Shown in pieces: positions 1-7,390 of a stretch of DNA of 32,000 bases. The stretch is from a virus. Every line of letters begins with the position of its first letter. The first letter of the stretch is position 1. The notes below the pieces were generated by a model that had not been told where the DNA came from, did not search any database, and saw nothing but the letters and a program-made list of their open reading frames with translations. The stretch lies in the IMG/VR virus record IMGVR_UViG_3300045988_006273, positions 2,503 through 34,502 of that record. One strand, given 5' to 3'. Made by a program: the position numbers and the translations under genes.

Positions 1-75
1 TTACACTAGAGAAACGGTAAAACGGCAAATAACCCCCAAAATTTGAGAATTAGGGGCATATAAAAAGGATATGAC

Positions 76-771
76 ATGGAAGAAATGACATTTACAGAGT
101 TGCAACAACGGATGCAGCTTAAAAAAAAGAAAGAAGGGACTGCCAAGTACGCTTCAAGGCACGCCGAGGACATTTACAACGTTTTTAAAAGTTTGAAATC
201 AAATTGGAGCGTAGTAGTCAACTATGATCTAGTCGAATTTTCTGGCAAGGTTTTTATCAAGGCTATTGCAACGGCATCTAACCGAGAGGAGAAAGAGCAA
301 GCAGTAGCGTTCGCAGAATTATCTCCCGTACCGATTTTGAAAACCCGCAACGGAGACTTAAAGCAAATGAATGAGCCGCAATGGGTAGGGGCCGTACAAT
401 CATACGCTGGGAAGTACGCCTTGCAAGCACTATTTGCAATTGGCGAGGAAGACGTGGACCACTTCGAAGTGGCAGAGGAAAGTTTGAGACCAAACCAACC
501 TCACAATGGTCAATATCAAAACCAACAACCGAAAGCACAACCACAACCGCAAAACAACCCGCAGCCTAACTTTATCAGCAATGACCAGCATGATCTTATT
601 ATGCAACAAGTCAATGAGTTGGCATTGTTGAGTGGCAAAGATTTCGAATATATCGAGAACTACTATCTACAGAAATACAAACTCAAGAATTTCCATGAGT
701 TACTAGTTCCGGGGCTTGAAATTGTTGTCAATGACATTCAAGGGGAAATCAACAAAAGGAGAGGAAACTAG
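76..771 (+). CDS. ERF-family single-strand annealing recombinase
   Basis: 231-aa ORF with a GGA Shine-Dalgarno (SD) sequence about 6 nt upstream. Blocks resemble P22 Erf (KYASRHAEDIYNVFKSL; VFIKAIATA; QWVGAVQSYAGKYALQALFAIGEEDVD), followed by a Q/P-rich tail. It lies upstream of ssb as in phage recombination modules. Confidence 0.75.
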   Translation: MEEMTFTELQQRMQLKKKKEGTAKYASRHAEDIYNVFKSLKSNWSVVVNYDLVEFSGKVFIKAIATASNREEKEQAVAFAELSPVPILKTRNGDLKQMNEPQWVGAVQSYAGKYALQALFAIGEEDVDHFEVAEESLRPNQPHNGQYQNQQPKAQPQPQNNPQPNFISNDQHDLIMQQVNELALLSGKDFEYIENYYLQKYKLKNFHELLVPGLEIVVNDIQGEINKRRGN

Positions 772-773
772 AC

Positions 774-1745
774 ATGAAGGACGTAACAAACAATTTTCTT
801 GAAACGATTGAACCGGTCTATACGCCGGGGCAGATCAACTTTGATTTTGAAAAATTCGATGCAGCTATTCAAGCAGCAGTTAGCGAGCTATCAGACGAAC
901 AACTAGACAGCTTGGAATATAACGAGGTCTTAAAAGAAATCACACGCTTCAAAGGGCTTGGCGACAAACTTGACGATAAGCGTAAGGAAATCGGCAGGAT
1001 CTACAAAGACCCACTCACTGAGTTTGAATCTAAACTAGCGACCTCGCTAGAGCCATTGGAGGCACTCCTTGAAAAGCTACGTGCTAAACGTGATGAAGTC
1101 AAAGAACACAAAAAAATGCTGCGAATTGACCACGTTAGATCGGTATTTGAAAGCAAATGCGAGCTAGCTGGACTAGACAAGGACACATTCAAGGACAAGT
1201 ACGAGAGCTTTTCTAAGGTCGGTGACTTCATGAATAAGAAAATGAAGCTCAAAAAAGAGACAGAAGAAAAGATTGACGCTCTTGTTTTGGCTGAGTATGA
1301 CCGACTGGAAGAATACAAGTCTAACGTGGGCATGATTGAGGAACAAGCCCTTGACTATGAGTTACCAGCTGAACCATACACTAGAGCATTGCAGAACGAC
1401 ACACCTCTAGTTGAAATCTTGCAACAAATGAAAAAAGACCGTGATGCAGCTATTGAACGTAAGCAGCAAGCGGAAGCTAAACAAAAAGCAGAAGCGGCAC
1501 GCCTAGCAGAAATTGAAGCAATGGCTAAGCAATCAGTAAGCGAGGAAATCAAGGCAGTAAATGCTGAAACTGGTGAGGTTATCGAAGGCACAAAACCAGT
1601 CGAGGAAATGCCTAGCAAGCCCGTTGAACCGTACAAGGTCAATCTTGCTCTTACGTTCCACGGTGGTGAAAACCAATGGCATCAATTCGCTAAATTGCTT
1701 GATGACAACTTTGTAAATTACGAAATTCTAGGAGAAAATCAATGA
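774..1745 (+). CDS. Phage protein, DUF1351-like, coiled-coil and charge-rich
   Basis: 323-aa ORF that starts 3 nt after the ERF stop and overlaps the ssb start (ATGA). Its position between an annealase and SSB is typical of DUF1351 proteins. The family call is from memory only. Confidence 0.6.
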   Translation: MKDVTNNFLETIEPVYTPGQINFDFEKFDAAIQAAVSELSDEQLDSLEYNEVLKEITRFKGLGDKLDDKRKEIGRIYKDPLTEFESKLATSLEPLEALLEKLRAKRDEVKEHKKMLRIDHVRSVFESKCELAGLDKDTFKDKYESFSKVGDFMNKKMKLKKETEEKIDALVLAEYDRLEEYKSNVGMIEEQALDYELPAEPYTRALQNDTPLVEILQQMKKDRDAAIERKQQAEAKQKAEAARLAEIEAMAKQSVSEEIKAVNAETGEVIEGTKPVEEMPSKPVEPYKVNLALTFHGGENQWHQFAKLLDDNFVNYEILGENQ

Positions 1746-2242
1746 TCAATTCGACCGTACTAGTTGGGCGCCTAACCCGTGACCCCGAACTAAAATACAC
1801 GACCAGTAACATTGCAGTAGCTACGTTTAGCCTAGCTGTTAACCGCAACTTCAAAGATGCTAACGGCGAACGTGAAACGGACTTTATCAACTGTGTTATC
1901 TGGCGTCAGCAAGCCGAGAATTTGGCTAACTGGGCTAAAAAAGGTGCATTGATTGGCATTACTGGACGCATTCAGACTCGTAGCTATGAGAATCAACAAG
2001 GTCAACGGGTGTATGTAACTGAGGTAGTCGCTGAGAACTTCCAAATGTTAGAGAGCCGTGCGGCGCGTGAAGGTAGCAATGCTACTCAAGGAAATACATC
2101 GGGAGCCTTTGGCAATGATAACGGCTACGCTGGGCCTTACCAACAAGCACCACAACAACAAGGGCCAAACTTTGCGAGAGATAACGGTCCGTACGGGAAC
2201 AGTAACCCAATGGACATCACTAGTGACGATTTACCCTTCTAA
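1742..2242 (+). CDS. ssb: Single-stranded DNA-binding protein
   Basis: [22 protein letters not shown]-fold N-terminus, a Gly/Gln/Pro-rich linker and the acidic C-terminal tail DDLPF. Confidence 0.95.
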   Translation: MINSTVLVGRLTRDPELKYTTSNIAVATFSLAVNRNFKDANGERETDFINCVIWRQQAENLANWAKKGALIGITGRIQTRSYENQQGQRVYVTEVVAENFQMLESRAAREGSNATQGNTSGAFGNDNGYAGPYQQAPQQQGPNFARDNGPYGNSNPMDITSDDLPF

Positions 2243-2254
2243 TTTGGTGAAAAC

Positions 2255-2716
2255 ATGAAAATGATTTTAAATATCGAGCCTAAACCTCAAACAAGGCCAC
2301 GATTTAGCAAGTTTGGAACTTATGAAGACCCTAAAATGAAGGCATGGCGTCGTCAATGCTCGCAACTTATCGAGCAAGAATATGACGGGCAATTCTTTGA
2401 CGGCCCTATTATGGTTGATGTCACCTTCTATATGAAGGCACCTTTGAGCGTATCAAAAAAACCTACGCCAAAGGCTAGAGCTAAAACGTGGGACGCATTC
2501 AAGAGGTTCATGTCCGAGACACTTTGGCATTTCAGAAAACCCGATATTGACAATTTGGTCAAAGCGCTCTTTGATAGCATTTCAAACGCTGGTTACAACA
2601 AGGTTGATAAGAAGGGTATCGTCTGGACGGATGACAGTATTGTTTGCGATTTAAGAGCTCGCAAGAAGTACAGTCCTAACCCACGCATTGAATTTGAAAT
2701 CAAGGAGCTCGAATGA
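2255..2716 (+). CDS. rusA: RusA-family Holliday junction resolvase
   Basis: 153 aa. It has PKPQTRPRF near the N-terminus, DIDNLVKALFDSI and VWTDDSIV motifs typical of RusA endodeoxyribonucleases. Confidence 0.85.
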   Translation: MKMILNIEPKPQTRPRFSKFGTYEDPKMKAWRRQCSQLIEQEYDGQFFDGPIMVDVTFYMKAPLSVSKKPTPKARAKTWDAFKRFMSETLWHFRKPDIDNLVKALFDSISNAGYNKVDKKGIVWTDDSIVCDLRARKKYSPNPRIEFEIKELE

Positions 2717-2751
2717 ACAGCAAACGACAAAAGAAGGAGATCAATTGAGCA

Positions 2752-2910
2752 ATGAAATATAAAGTTATAGTTTACTACGACAGCATGGAAGACAGTGAGC
2801 AAGTCTTCAGCAATAAAAACGATGCGATTAATGAATTACACAGATTAGGTGTTAAATATCGCAATGCAAGGAAATATAAGGTAGAAATGGTGGAAGTGAG
2901 CAATGGCTAA
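2752..2910 (+). CDS. Small hypothetical phage protein (52 aa)
   Basis: ATG at 2752 is preceded by AAGAAGGAGA (2731-2740). It is below the ORF-track size cutoff and was translated by hand as MKYKVIVYYDSMEDSEQVFSNKNDAINELHRLGVKYRNARKYKVEMVEVSNG. It overlaps the next start by 8 nt. Confidence 0.5.
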   Translation: MKYKVIVYYDSMEDSEQVFSNKNDAINELHRLGVKYRNARKYKVEMVEVSNG

Positions 2911-3113
2911 ATTTATTAGAGTCACAAACATATCACAAGGAATTGACGTGGACACGATTTTAAATGTCGATGATATCGGACATATCTCTATTGGATCTAA
3001 TATCATTTTTTGTAAAAACGCCGTTCGCAGACGGGACAAATCGGATTTATGTAAGAACCGAAACGATTGAGCAGTTAGAAAAGATTTTGCTAGAGGGAGA
3101 AAACAATGGATAG
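2903..3113 (+). CDS. Small phage protein apparently split by a +1 frame change at a T6 run
   Basis: The ATG at 2903 opens a frame that stops at 3070. After the T6 run (3006-3011) the +1 frame reads VKTPFADGTNRIYVRTETIEQLEKILLEGENNG and stops at 3111-3113. That stop overlaps the ATG at 3106 of the next gene (ATGGATAG coupling). Confidence 0.4.
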
Positions 3114-3612
3114 ACAAGAAGCAGTGCAGAAATTAGCAAAGGTAGCACGTATTTCGGTAGCTTATGCTGAGGATTTATATGACTCGTTCTTCCCTAAACC
3201 AGTGGTGCCGCAGTACGTGGCGGATTGGTATGAGGAACATAAGGACGATTTTGAAATAAAACTATTTCAATGTATCTGCGAAGCTGTTGAAAATTACGAC
3301 GAAAACTCGGCAAATGATTTTGAGAATTGGTTGATGTCTGATGATACCGAAGTAATCAAAACCCTCGTCAACATGCACCGATTCGGCTATGAGGTAGAGA
3401 AGGAGACTAGGTATACGGTTCGGATTAAAGGGGTTGGTGGATACGCTACCCATCTAAATGAAAATTTAGACAATCATGAATGGTTCTTTGCATCAGATGA
3501 CGAATTTAAAGGCTATAGAATCAAGCACACCCGCAAAGAGCTTGAAGCGAACGGGTTCGGGTGGGTGTTCAACTGCCAAGGAGTGGAAGTGGAAGAGGTA
3601 ACGGATGAATAA
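3106..3612 (+). CDS. Hypothetical phage protein (DUF1642-like)
   Basis: 168-aa ORF with a GAGGGAGA SD. The PVVPQYVADWYEEHK and RYTVRIKG blocks resemble streptococcal/lactococcal phage DUF1642 proteins. That assignment is from memory. Confidence 0.65.
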   Translation: MDRQEAVQKLAKVARISVAYAEDLYDSFFPKPVVPQYVADWYEEHKDDFEIKLFQCICEAVENYDENSANDFENWLMSDDTEVIKTLVNMHRFGYEVEKETRYTVRIKGVGGYATHLNENLDNHEWFFASDDEFKGYRIKHTRKELEANGFGWVFNCQGVEVEEVTDE

Positions 3613-3919
3613 TCTAATCAATAAAATCAATCGTTGGGCAGTTAGCCGTGGATTAAAGCAAGCTGACCCAAAAATTCAGTGGATGCGTGTGACTGAAGAG
3701 GTCGGAGAAATTCGAGATGTACTCTTGAAACCGACTAAATTCACGGAACCGCAAGCAGCACTTAAGGACGCAATCGGAGACACGTTGGTAACGATTATCG
3801 TGCTAGCACATCAATTAGACCTCGATGTTACTGAGTGTCTAAGCATTGCATACGAGGAAATTAAGAATAGAAAAGGAAAGATGGTAAATGGAACATTCGT
3901 CAAGGAGGAAGATCTTTGA
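3605..3919 (+). CDS. MazG-like nucleotide pyrophosphohydrolase
   Basis: 104 aa. It has EEVGEIRD and AIGDTLVTIIVLA helices typical of the small all-alpha MazG/NTP-PPase fold. Confidence 0.8.
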   Translation: MNNLINKINRWAVSRGLKQADPKIQWMRVTEEVGEIRDVLLKPTKFTEPQAALKDAIGDTLVTIIVLAHQLDLDVTECLSIAYEEIKNRKGKMVNGTFVKEEDL

Positions 3920-5151
3920 AGTTTATTGACTTATTCGCAGGTATTGGCGGGTTCAGACTAGGAATGGAATCGGCAGGACACGAATGTGTGGCATTCTGTG
4001 AAATCGACAAGTTCGCTAGAGCTAGCTATAAAGCAATTCACAACACGGAGGGAGAAATAGAACTACATGACATTACCACAGTCACAGACGAAGAAATCAG
4101 AAACATCGGACACGTTGACGCAATTTGCGGAGGATTTCCGTGTCAAGCTTTCAGCATTGCAGGACATCGAAGAGGATTCGAAGATACTAGAGGAACTCTC
4201 TTCTTTGAAATCGCAAGGTTCGCCGCTATTCTCAAACCTAAGTATCTATTCCTTGAAAACGTCAAAGGACTCCTTAACCACGACAAGGGAGATACCTTTC
4301 AGACAATCCTCTCAGCGTTGGATGAACTCGGGTATGATGTGGAATGGCAAGTGCTTAACAGTAAAGATTTCGGAGTACCACAAAATCGGGAACGTGTGTT
4401 CATTATCGGACATCTTAGAGGACAACGTGGACGAAAGATTTTTCCTCTCAGCGGAGAAAGTCAGTCGATTAGTAATCAATCAGTCGTGAAAATTGGGAAT
4501 GTGAACCCGTCTGGAAACGGCATTAATGGAGAAGTCTATCAAGCTGAAGGTCTAGCTCCTACGCTTACAACGAATAAGGGAGAAGGACAGAAGATAGCAG
4601 TAAAAAGTAATACCATAAAACGATTTGGGGTATTGCAACCTAACTTTAATCAATGTGGGGTTGTTTACGAAACAGATGGACTATCGCCAACCATCAGATC
4701 ATACCAAGGTGGGGGCCTTGAACCCAAAATAATTCAGCGCAGTCATGGTTATAACAATGGCGGAGAGCATTGCATTGCACCAACTCTTACAAGTAATAGC
4801 TATCACGAAAATAACTTTTTAAAACTAAAAATCCGTGAAGCAACTAAGCAAGGATACGCTGAAGCGAGCGCGGGGGATAGTGTTAATTTGTCGCACCCCA
4901 ACTCCAAAACACGAAGAGGGCGAGTTGGCGAGGGCATAGCTAACACGCTAGTAACTGGTGATAACCAAGGTGTGGGAACCTCTAACTTCCGTATTCGCAA
5001 GCTAACCCCTAGGGAATGTTGGAGATTGCAAGGTTTCCCCGACTGGGCATTTGACAAGGCGCAAGAGGTCAATAGCAACAGTCAGCTATACAAGCAAGCT
5101 GGCAATAGCGTGACCGTCAATGTAATTAAAGAAATAGCGAGGTATTTATGA
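3916..5151 (+). CDS. DNA (cytosine-5)-methyltransferase, orphan, with an extended variable region
   Basis: TTG start at 3916 with an AAGGAGGA SD, overlapping the upstream stop (TTGA). Motifs present: I DLFAGIGG, IV GGFPCQAFS, VI ENVKGL, VIII QNRERVFIIG, IX RKLTPRECWRLQGFPD, X QAGNSV. No adjacent restriction endonuclease gene. Confidence 0.95.
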   Translation: MKFIDLFAGIGGFRLGMESAGHECVAFCEIDKFARASYKAIHNTEGEIELHDITTVTDEEIRNIGHVDAICGGFPCQAFSIAGHRRGFEDTRGTLFFEIARFAAILKPKYLFLENVKGLLNHDKGDTFQTILSALDELGYDVEWQVLNSKDFGVPQNRERVFIIGHLRGQRGRKIFPLSGESQSISNQSVVKIGNVNPSGNGINGEVYQAEGLAPTLTTNKGEGQKIAVKSNTIKRFGVLQPNFNQCGVVYETDGLSPTIRSYQGGGLEPKIIQRSHGYNNGGEHCIAPTLTSNSYHENNFLKLKIREATKQGYAEASAGDSVNLSHPNSKTRRGRVGEGIANTLVTGDNQGVGTSNFRIRKLTPRECWRLQGFPDWAFDKAQEVNSNSQLYKQAGNSVTVNVIKEIARYL

Positions 5152-5435
5152 AACATAAAGATCTAACGATAGCGACAATTCTACTACTGGTCTCACTAGC
5201 GATTAACGTTACTACTGTTCTACGAGTGGTTAACCGACCTATCGAGACAGTGGTTATCCATAAGGCTGATAATGCCGTTGAATTACATGGCAAGGTCACT
5301 GGAAAATCTATGGTAGGCAAGCTCTACACGCTCGATTGTGGGGCGTATGGTAAGTTTCTAGTGAGCAAAGAGCAGTACGATAGCGTGCAAGTCGGGGATG
5401 ATATCCCGAGTTATTTAAGGGGGCGAGGACAATGA
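5148..5435 (+). CDS. Small membrane-anchored phage protein
   Basis: 95 aa with an ATGA overlap to the MTase stop. It has a single N-terminal hydrophobic helix (IATILLLVSLAINVTTVL). Confidence 0.65.
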   Translation: MKHKDLTIATILLLVSLAINVTTVLRVVNRPIETVVIHKADNAVELHGKVTGKSMVGKLYTLDCGAYGKFLVSKEQYDSVQVGDDIPSYLRGRGQ

Positions 5436-5818
5436 TACCTAAATTTAGAGCGTGGGACGAAAAGAATAAAGAAATGTTTAAAGACACTTTTGCAGTTACT
5501 GAAAGCGGGGAAGTTGTAACGGTTGAGCAGGATTTTATCACAAACGCCCCAGATTATATCTTCGTAGACCATCTAACCATCATGCAATCAACTGGACTGA
5601 CTGACAAAAATGGCAAAGAAATCTTCGAAGGGGATGTAGTCAAAATGGCTAAGAATGTCTATTCTGAGCCAACTTATTACGAAGTTGTAAGACATCGAGG
5701 CGGAGCATATCGCCTTGAATCTAAGCAATACGGATGTGAATTGTGGCTACGACATACCGACTGCGAAATTGCAGGGGATATATACGAGAATCCGGAACTG
5801 GTAGAAGTAAGCTCATGA
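5432..5818 (+). CDS. YopX-family phage protein
   Basis: MIPKFRAWD N-terminus, GLTDKNGKEIFEGDVV and GDIYENPEL motifs characteristic of YopX. Confidence 0.85.
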   Translation: MIPKFRAWDEKNKEMFKDTFAVTESGEVVTVEQDFITNAPDYIFVDHLTIMQSTGLTDKNGKEIFEGDVVKMAKNVYSEPTYYEVVRHRGGAYRLESKQYGCELWLRHTDCEIAGDIYENPELVEVSS

Positions 5819-6525
5819 GCGTGAGATACAAATATTCCGGACTGACCGAGGAATTATATCAACGGTTGGTCAGTGAGCATGAAGCACTCAAACAAGCACA
5901 TAAAAAAGGCTCTTATAAGCAGTTTTTCCAAGATGTGAAACAGTGCAGTGAAGTACAAGCTCGTATCATTTACCAAGCATTTAACAGTGCAGTCGTAGAA
6001 CGTGCGAGGATATCGCCCAAAACTGTCGACAGACTAGAAGGCATTATCTCCTATGAACTATTCGACGACCTTCAAGACTATCTGTCTACGCATTACACAA
6101 GAGGCAAAACCACACGCCCCGTTTTGGATAAAACCAATGCAGGACTGCCAGAGGAACTTTTCAAGCGGTTCCAAGAAGAAGTGGAAGAACTACGCAAGGA
6201 ACACCCTAACAATCTAAATAACTACATTAGAGAGGTCAAGGGCTGCGACCAGAAAAATGCTAACAGAACCCAAAACGCCCTCAATCTGTGCTATGCGGAG
6301 AAAGCCGCCCTAACTCCGTTGAAGGCAATTCAAATGGAAGGACTACTTTCGAGAGAGTTATTCGGCAAAATTATTGATTATGTATTTAATAACTATGAAT
6401 GGAGCGAGAGGTTGGACGATGAAGTTGATCGCATCATACTTAAATATCGCACCAAGGGCAAGGTTGGACGTAATAAAATCACGGTCAGAAAAGCCTTATA
6501 TAAAGCCTATGCACTAGGCGTGTAG
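5815..6525 (+). CDS. Hypothetical phage protein with a tandem internal duplication
   Basis: I prefer the ATG at 5815 (ATGA overlap with the yopX stop) over the ORF-track start at 5743. Two halves of about 110 aa align (GLTEELYQRL...ELFDDLQDYLSTHY versus GLPEELFKRF...ELFGKIIDYVFNNY). Confidence 0.7.
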   Translation: MSVRYKYSGLTEELYQRLVSEHEALKQAHKKGSYKQFFQDVKQCSEVQARIIYQAFNSAVVERARISPKTVDRLEGIISYELFDDLQDYLSTHYTRGKTTRPVLDKTNAGLPEELFKRFQEEVEELRKEHPNNLNNYIREVKGCDQKNANRTQNALNLCYAEKAALTPLKAIQMEGLLSRELFGKIIDYVFNNYEWSERLDDEVDRIILKYRTKGKVGRNKITVRKALYKAYALGV

Positions 6526-6563
6526 CTAGAACGGTTTATGAGGGTTCGACTCCCTTGCTAGCT
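6524..6563 (+). other. tRNA-like acceptor/T-arm minihelix (not a complete tRNA)
   Basis: AGCTAG (6524-6529) pairs with CTAGCT (6558-6563). The inner arm GAGGG-TTCGACT-CCCTT (6540-6556) matches the tRNA T-arm consensus GGTTCGAnTCC. There is no D arm or anticodon arm. Confidence 0.3.
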
Positions 6564-6822
6564 ATTGTCTGTCAAAACATCCAAGAGACACTTTTTAACA
6601 CCGGGCAAGCTGACAGACCTTGTCCGAATAAACCCAGCAAATTTAAGAAAAAAGGATGTGAAAAACCCTCTTTCTTATTGATATCTTGCATTACAAAATA
6701 GCCAAAGGCCTTGCTGGTGTCTATGGCTAGAAGGAGGTAATAAAAGGCTCGAGAAACACCCAAAGAATAAATACGTATTCTATCTTTTCAATAAAATCTC
6801 TTAACGTTTCTTGGGCTAAAAT

Positions 6823-6880
6823 AAAAAAAGACCGACACAATGGCCGGCACTCTTTGGAAATCAACACTACTATTATACCA
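6823..6880 (-). ncRNA. Candidate minus-strand transcript of about 45 nt (extended -10 plus intrinsic terminator)
   Basis: The minus strand reads TGGTATAAT at 6880-6872. A GCCGGC/GUCGGU hairpin (6848-6831) is followed by U7 (6829-6823). The unit abuts the arpU SD (6881-6887). Confidence 0.25.
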
Positions 6881-6893
6881 GAGAGGGCTTAAA

Positions 6894-7310
6894 ATGCTAT
6901 TGCCGGAAATTGATGAAAAAGCAACAATCAAACGTTGCAAGCGAAAACTTCGAGAATATCCACGCTGGCGAGAGATTGCACACGATAGCGCTGAACAAAA
7001 GATAACACAAGAGTTTACCTTCATGCCCAGAGGTGGCAGTGGGGTAAGTAGACCGGTGGAAAATATTGCAGTTAGGCGAGTTGATGCAATGAACGAGCTA
7101 GAAGCCATAGAGCAAGCAGTTAGTGGGCTATATCGCCCAGACTATCGCAGAATACTGATTGAGAAATATCTAGCTTATCCACCGAAACCGAACTGGCAAA
7201 TCGCCCAGGCAATCGGATTCGAGAGAACGGCTTTTCAAGAGCTACTTAATAATGCTATCCTAGCATTTGCTGAATTGTATAGAGATGGCAAATTAGTTGT
7301 AGAATGTTGA
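6894..7310 (+). CDS. arpU: ArpU-family phage late transcriptional regulator
   Basis: I prefer the ATG at 6894 (GAGAGGG SD at 6881-6887) over the ORF-track start at 6840. MLLPEIDEKATIKRCKRKLREYPRW and the C-terminal sigma-region-4-like segment are typical of the ArpU/RinA class. It lies immediately upstream of terS. Confidence 0.85.
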   Translation: MLLPEIDEKATIKRCKRKLREYPRWREIAHDSAEQKITQEFTFMPRGGSGVSRPVENIAVRRVDAMNELEAIEQAVSGLYRPDYRRILIEKYLAYPPKPNWQIAQAIGFERTAFQELLNNAILAFAELYRDGKLVVEC

Positions 7311-7312
7311 AA

Positions 7313-7372
7313 TGACGGTATTTTGACGGATAAAGCACGGTATCTTACAACTGTTTAAAGTGGTATTATTAT
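7313..7372 (+). promoter_or_regulatory. Putative late promoter with three direct repeats phased at 11 bp
   Basis: TGACGGTAT (7313), TGACGGATA (7324) and GCACGGTAT (7335) are spaced exactly 11 bp apart. They are followed by TTACAA (7345-7350), a 16-nt spacer and TATTAT (7367-7372). An alternative -10 is TGgTATTAT at 7361-7369. Confidence 0.4.
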
Positions 7373-7390
7373 ATTATCGAAGAAAATCAG

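Noticed and set aside
14-27. ACGGTA/ACGGCA pair at the window start, resembling the ACGG repeats of the late promoter
   Set aside because: There are only two short copies with 8-bp spacing and no adjacent promoter elements. This is too little information to separate from chance.
4067-4489. 140-aa +1-frame ORF inside the methyltransferase gene, considered as an independent gene
   Set aside because: It has no SD. Residues 1 to about 110 are S/T/L/K-rich off-frame noise. Only the last 28 or so residues look meaningful, and these are reported as a frame anomaly of the MTase rather than as a separate CDS.
6572-6763. 63-aa minus-strand ORF in the early/late intergenic region
   Set aside because: It has a TTG start with no SD, and a composition that is hydrophobic but not gene-like. 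The plus-strand open frame across the same region also lacks a start codon. I treat the region as non-coding.
6770-6779. Perfect 10-bp palindrome AATACGTATT upstream of arpU
   Set aside because: Perfect 10-bp palindromes are expected tens of times by chance in 32 kb of AT-rich DNA, and it has no partner site.
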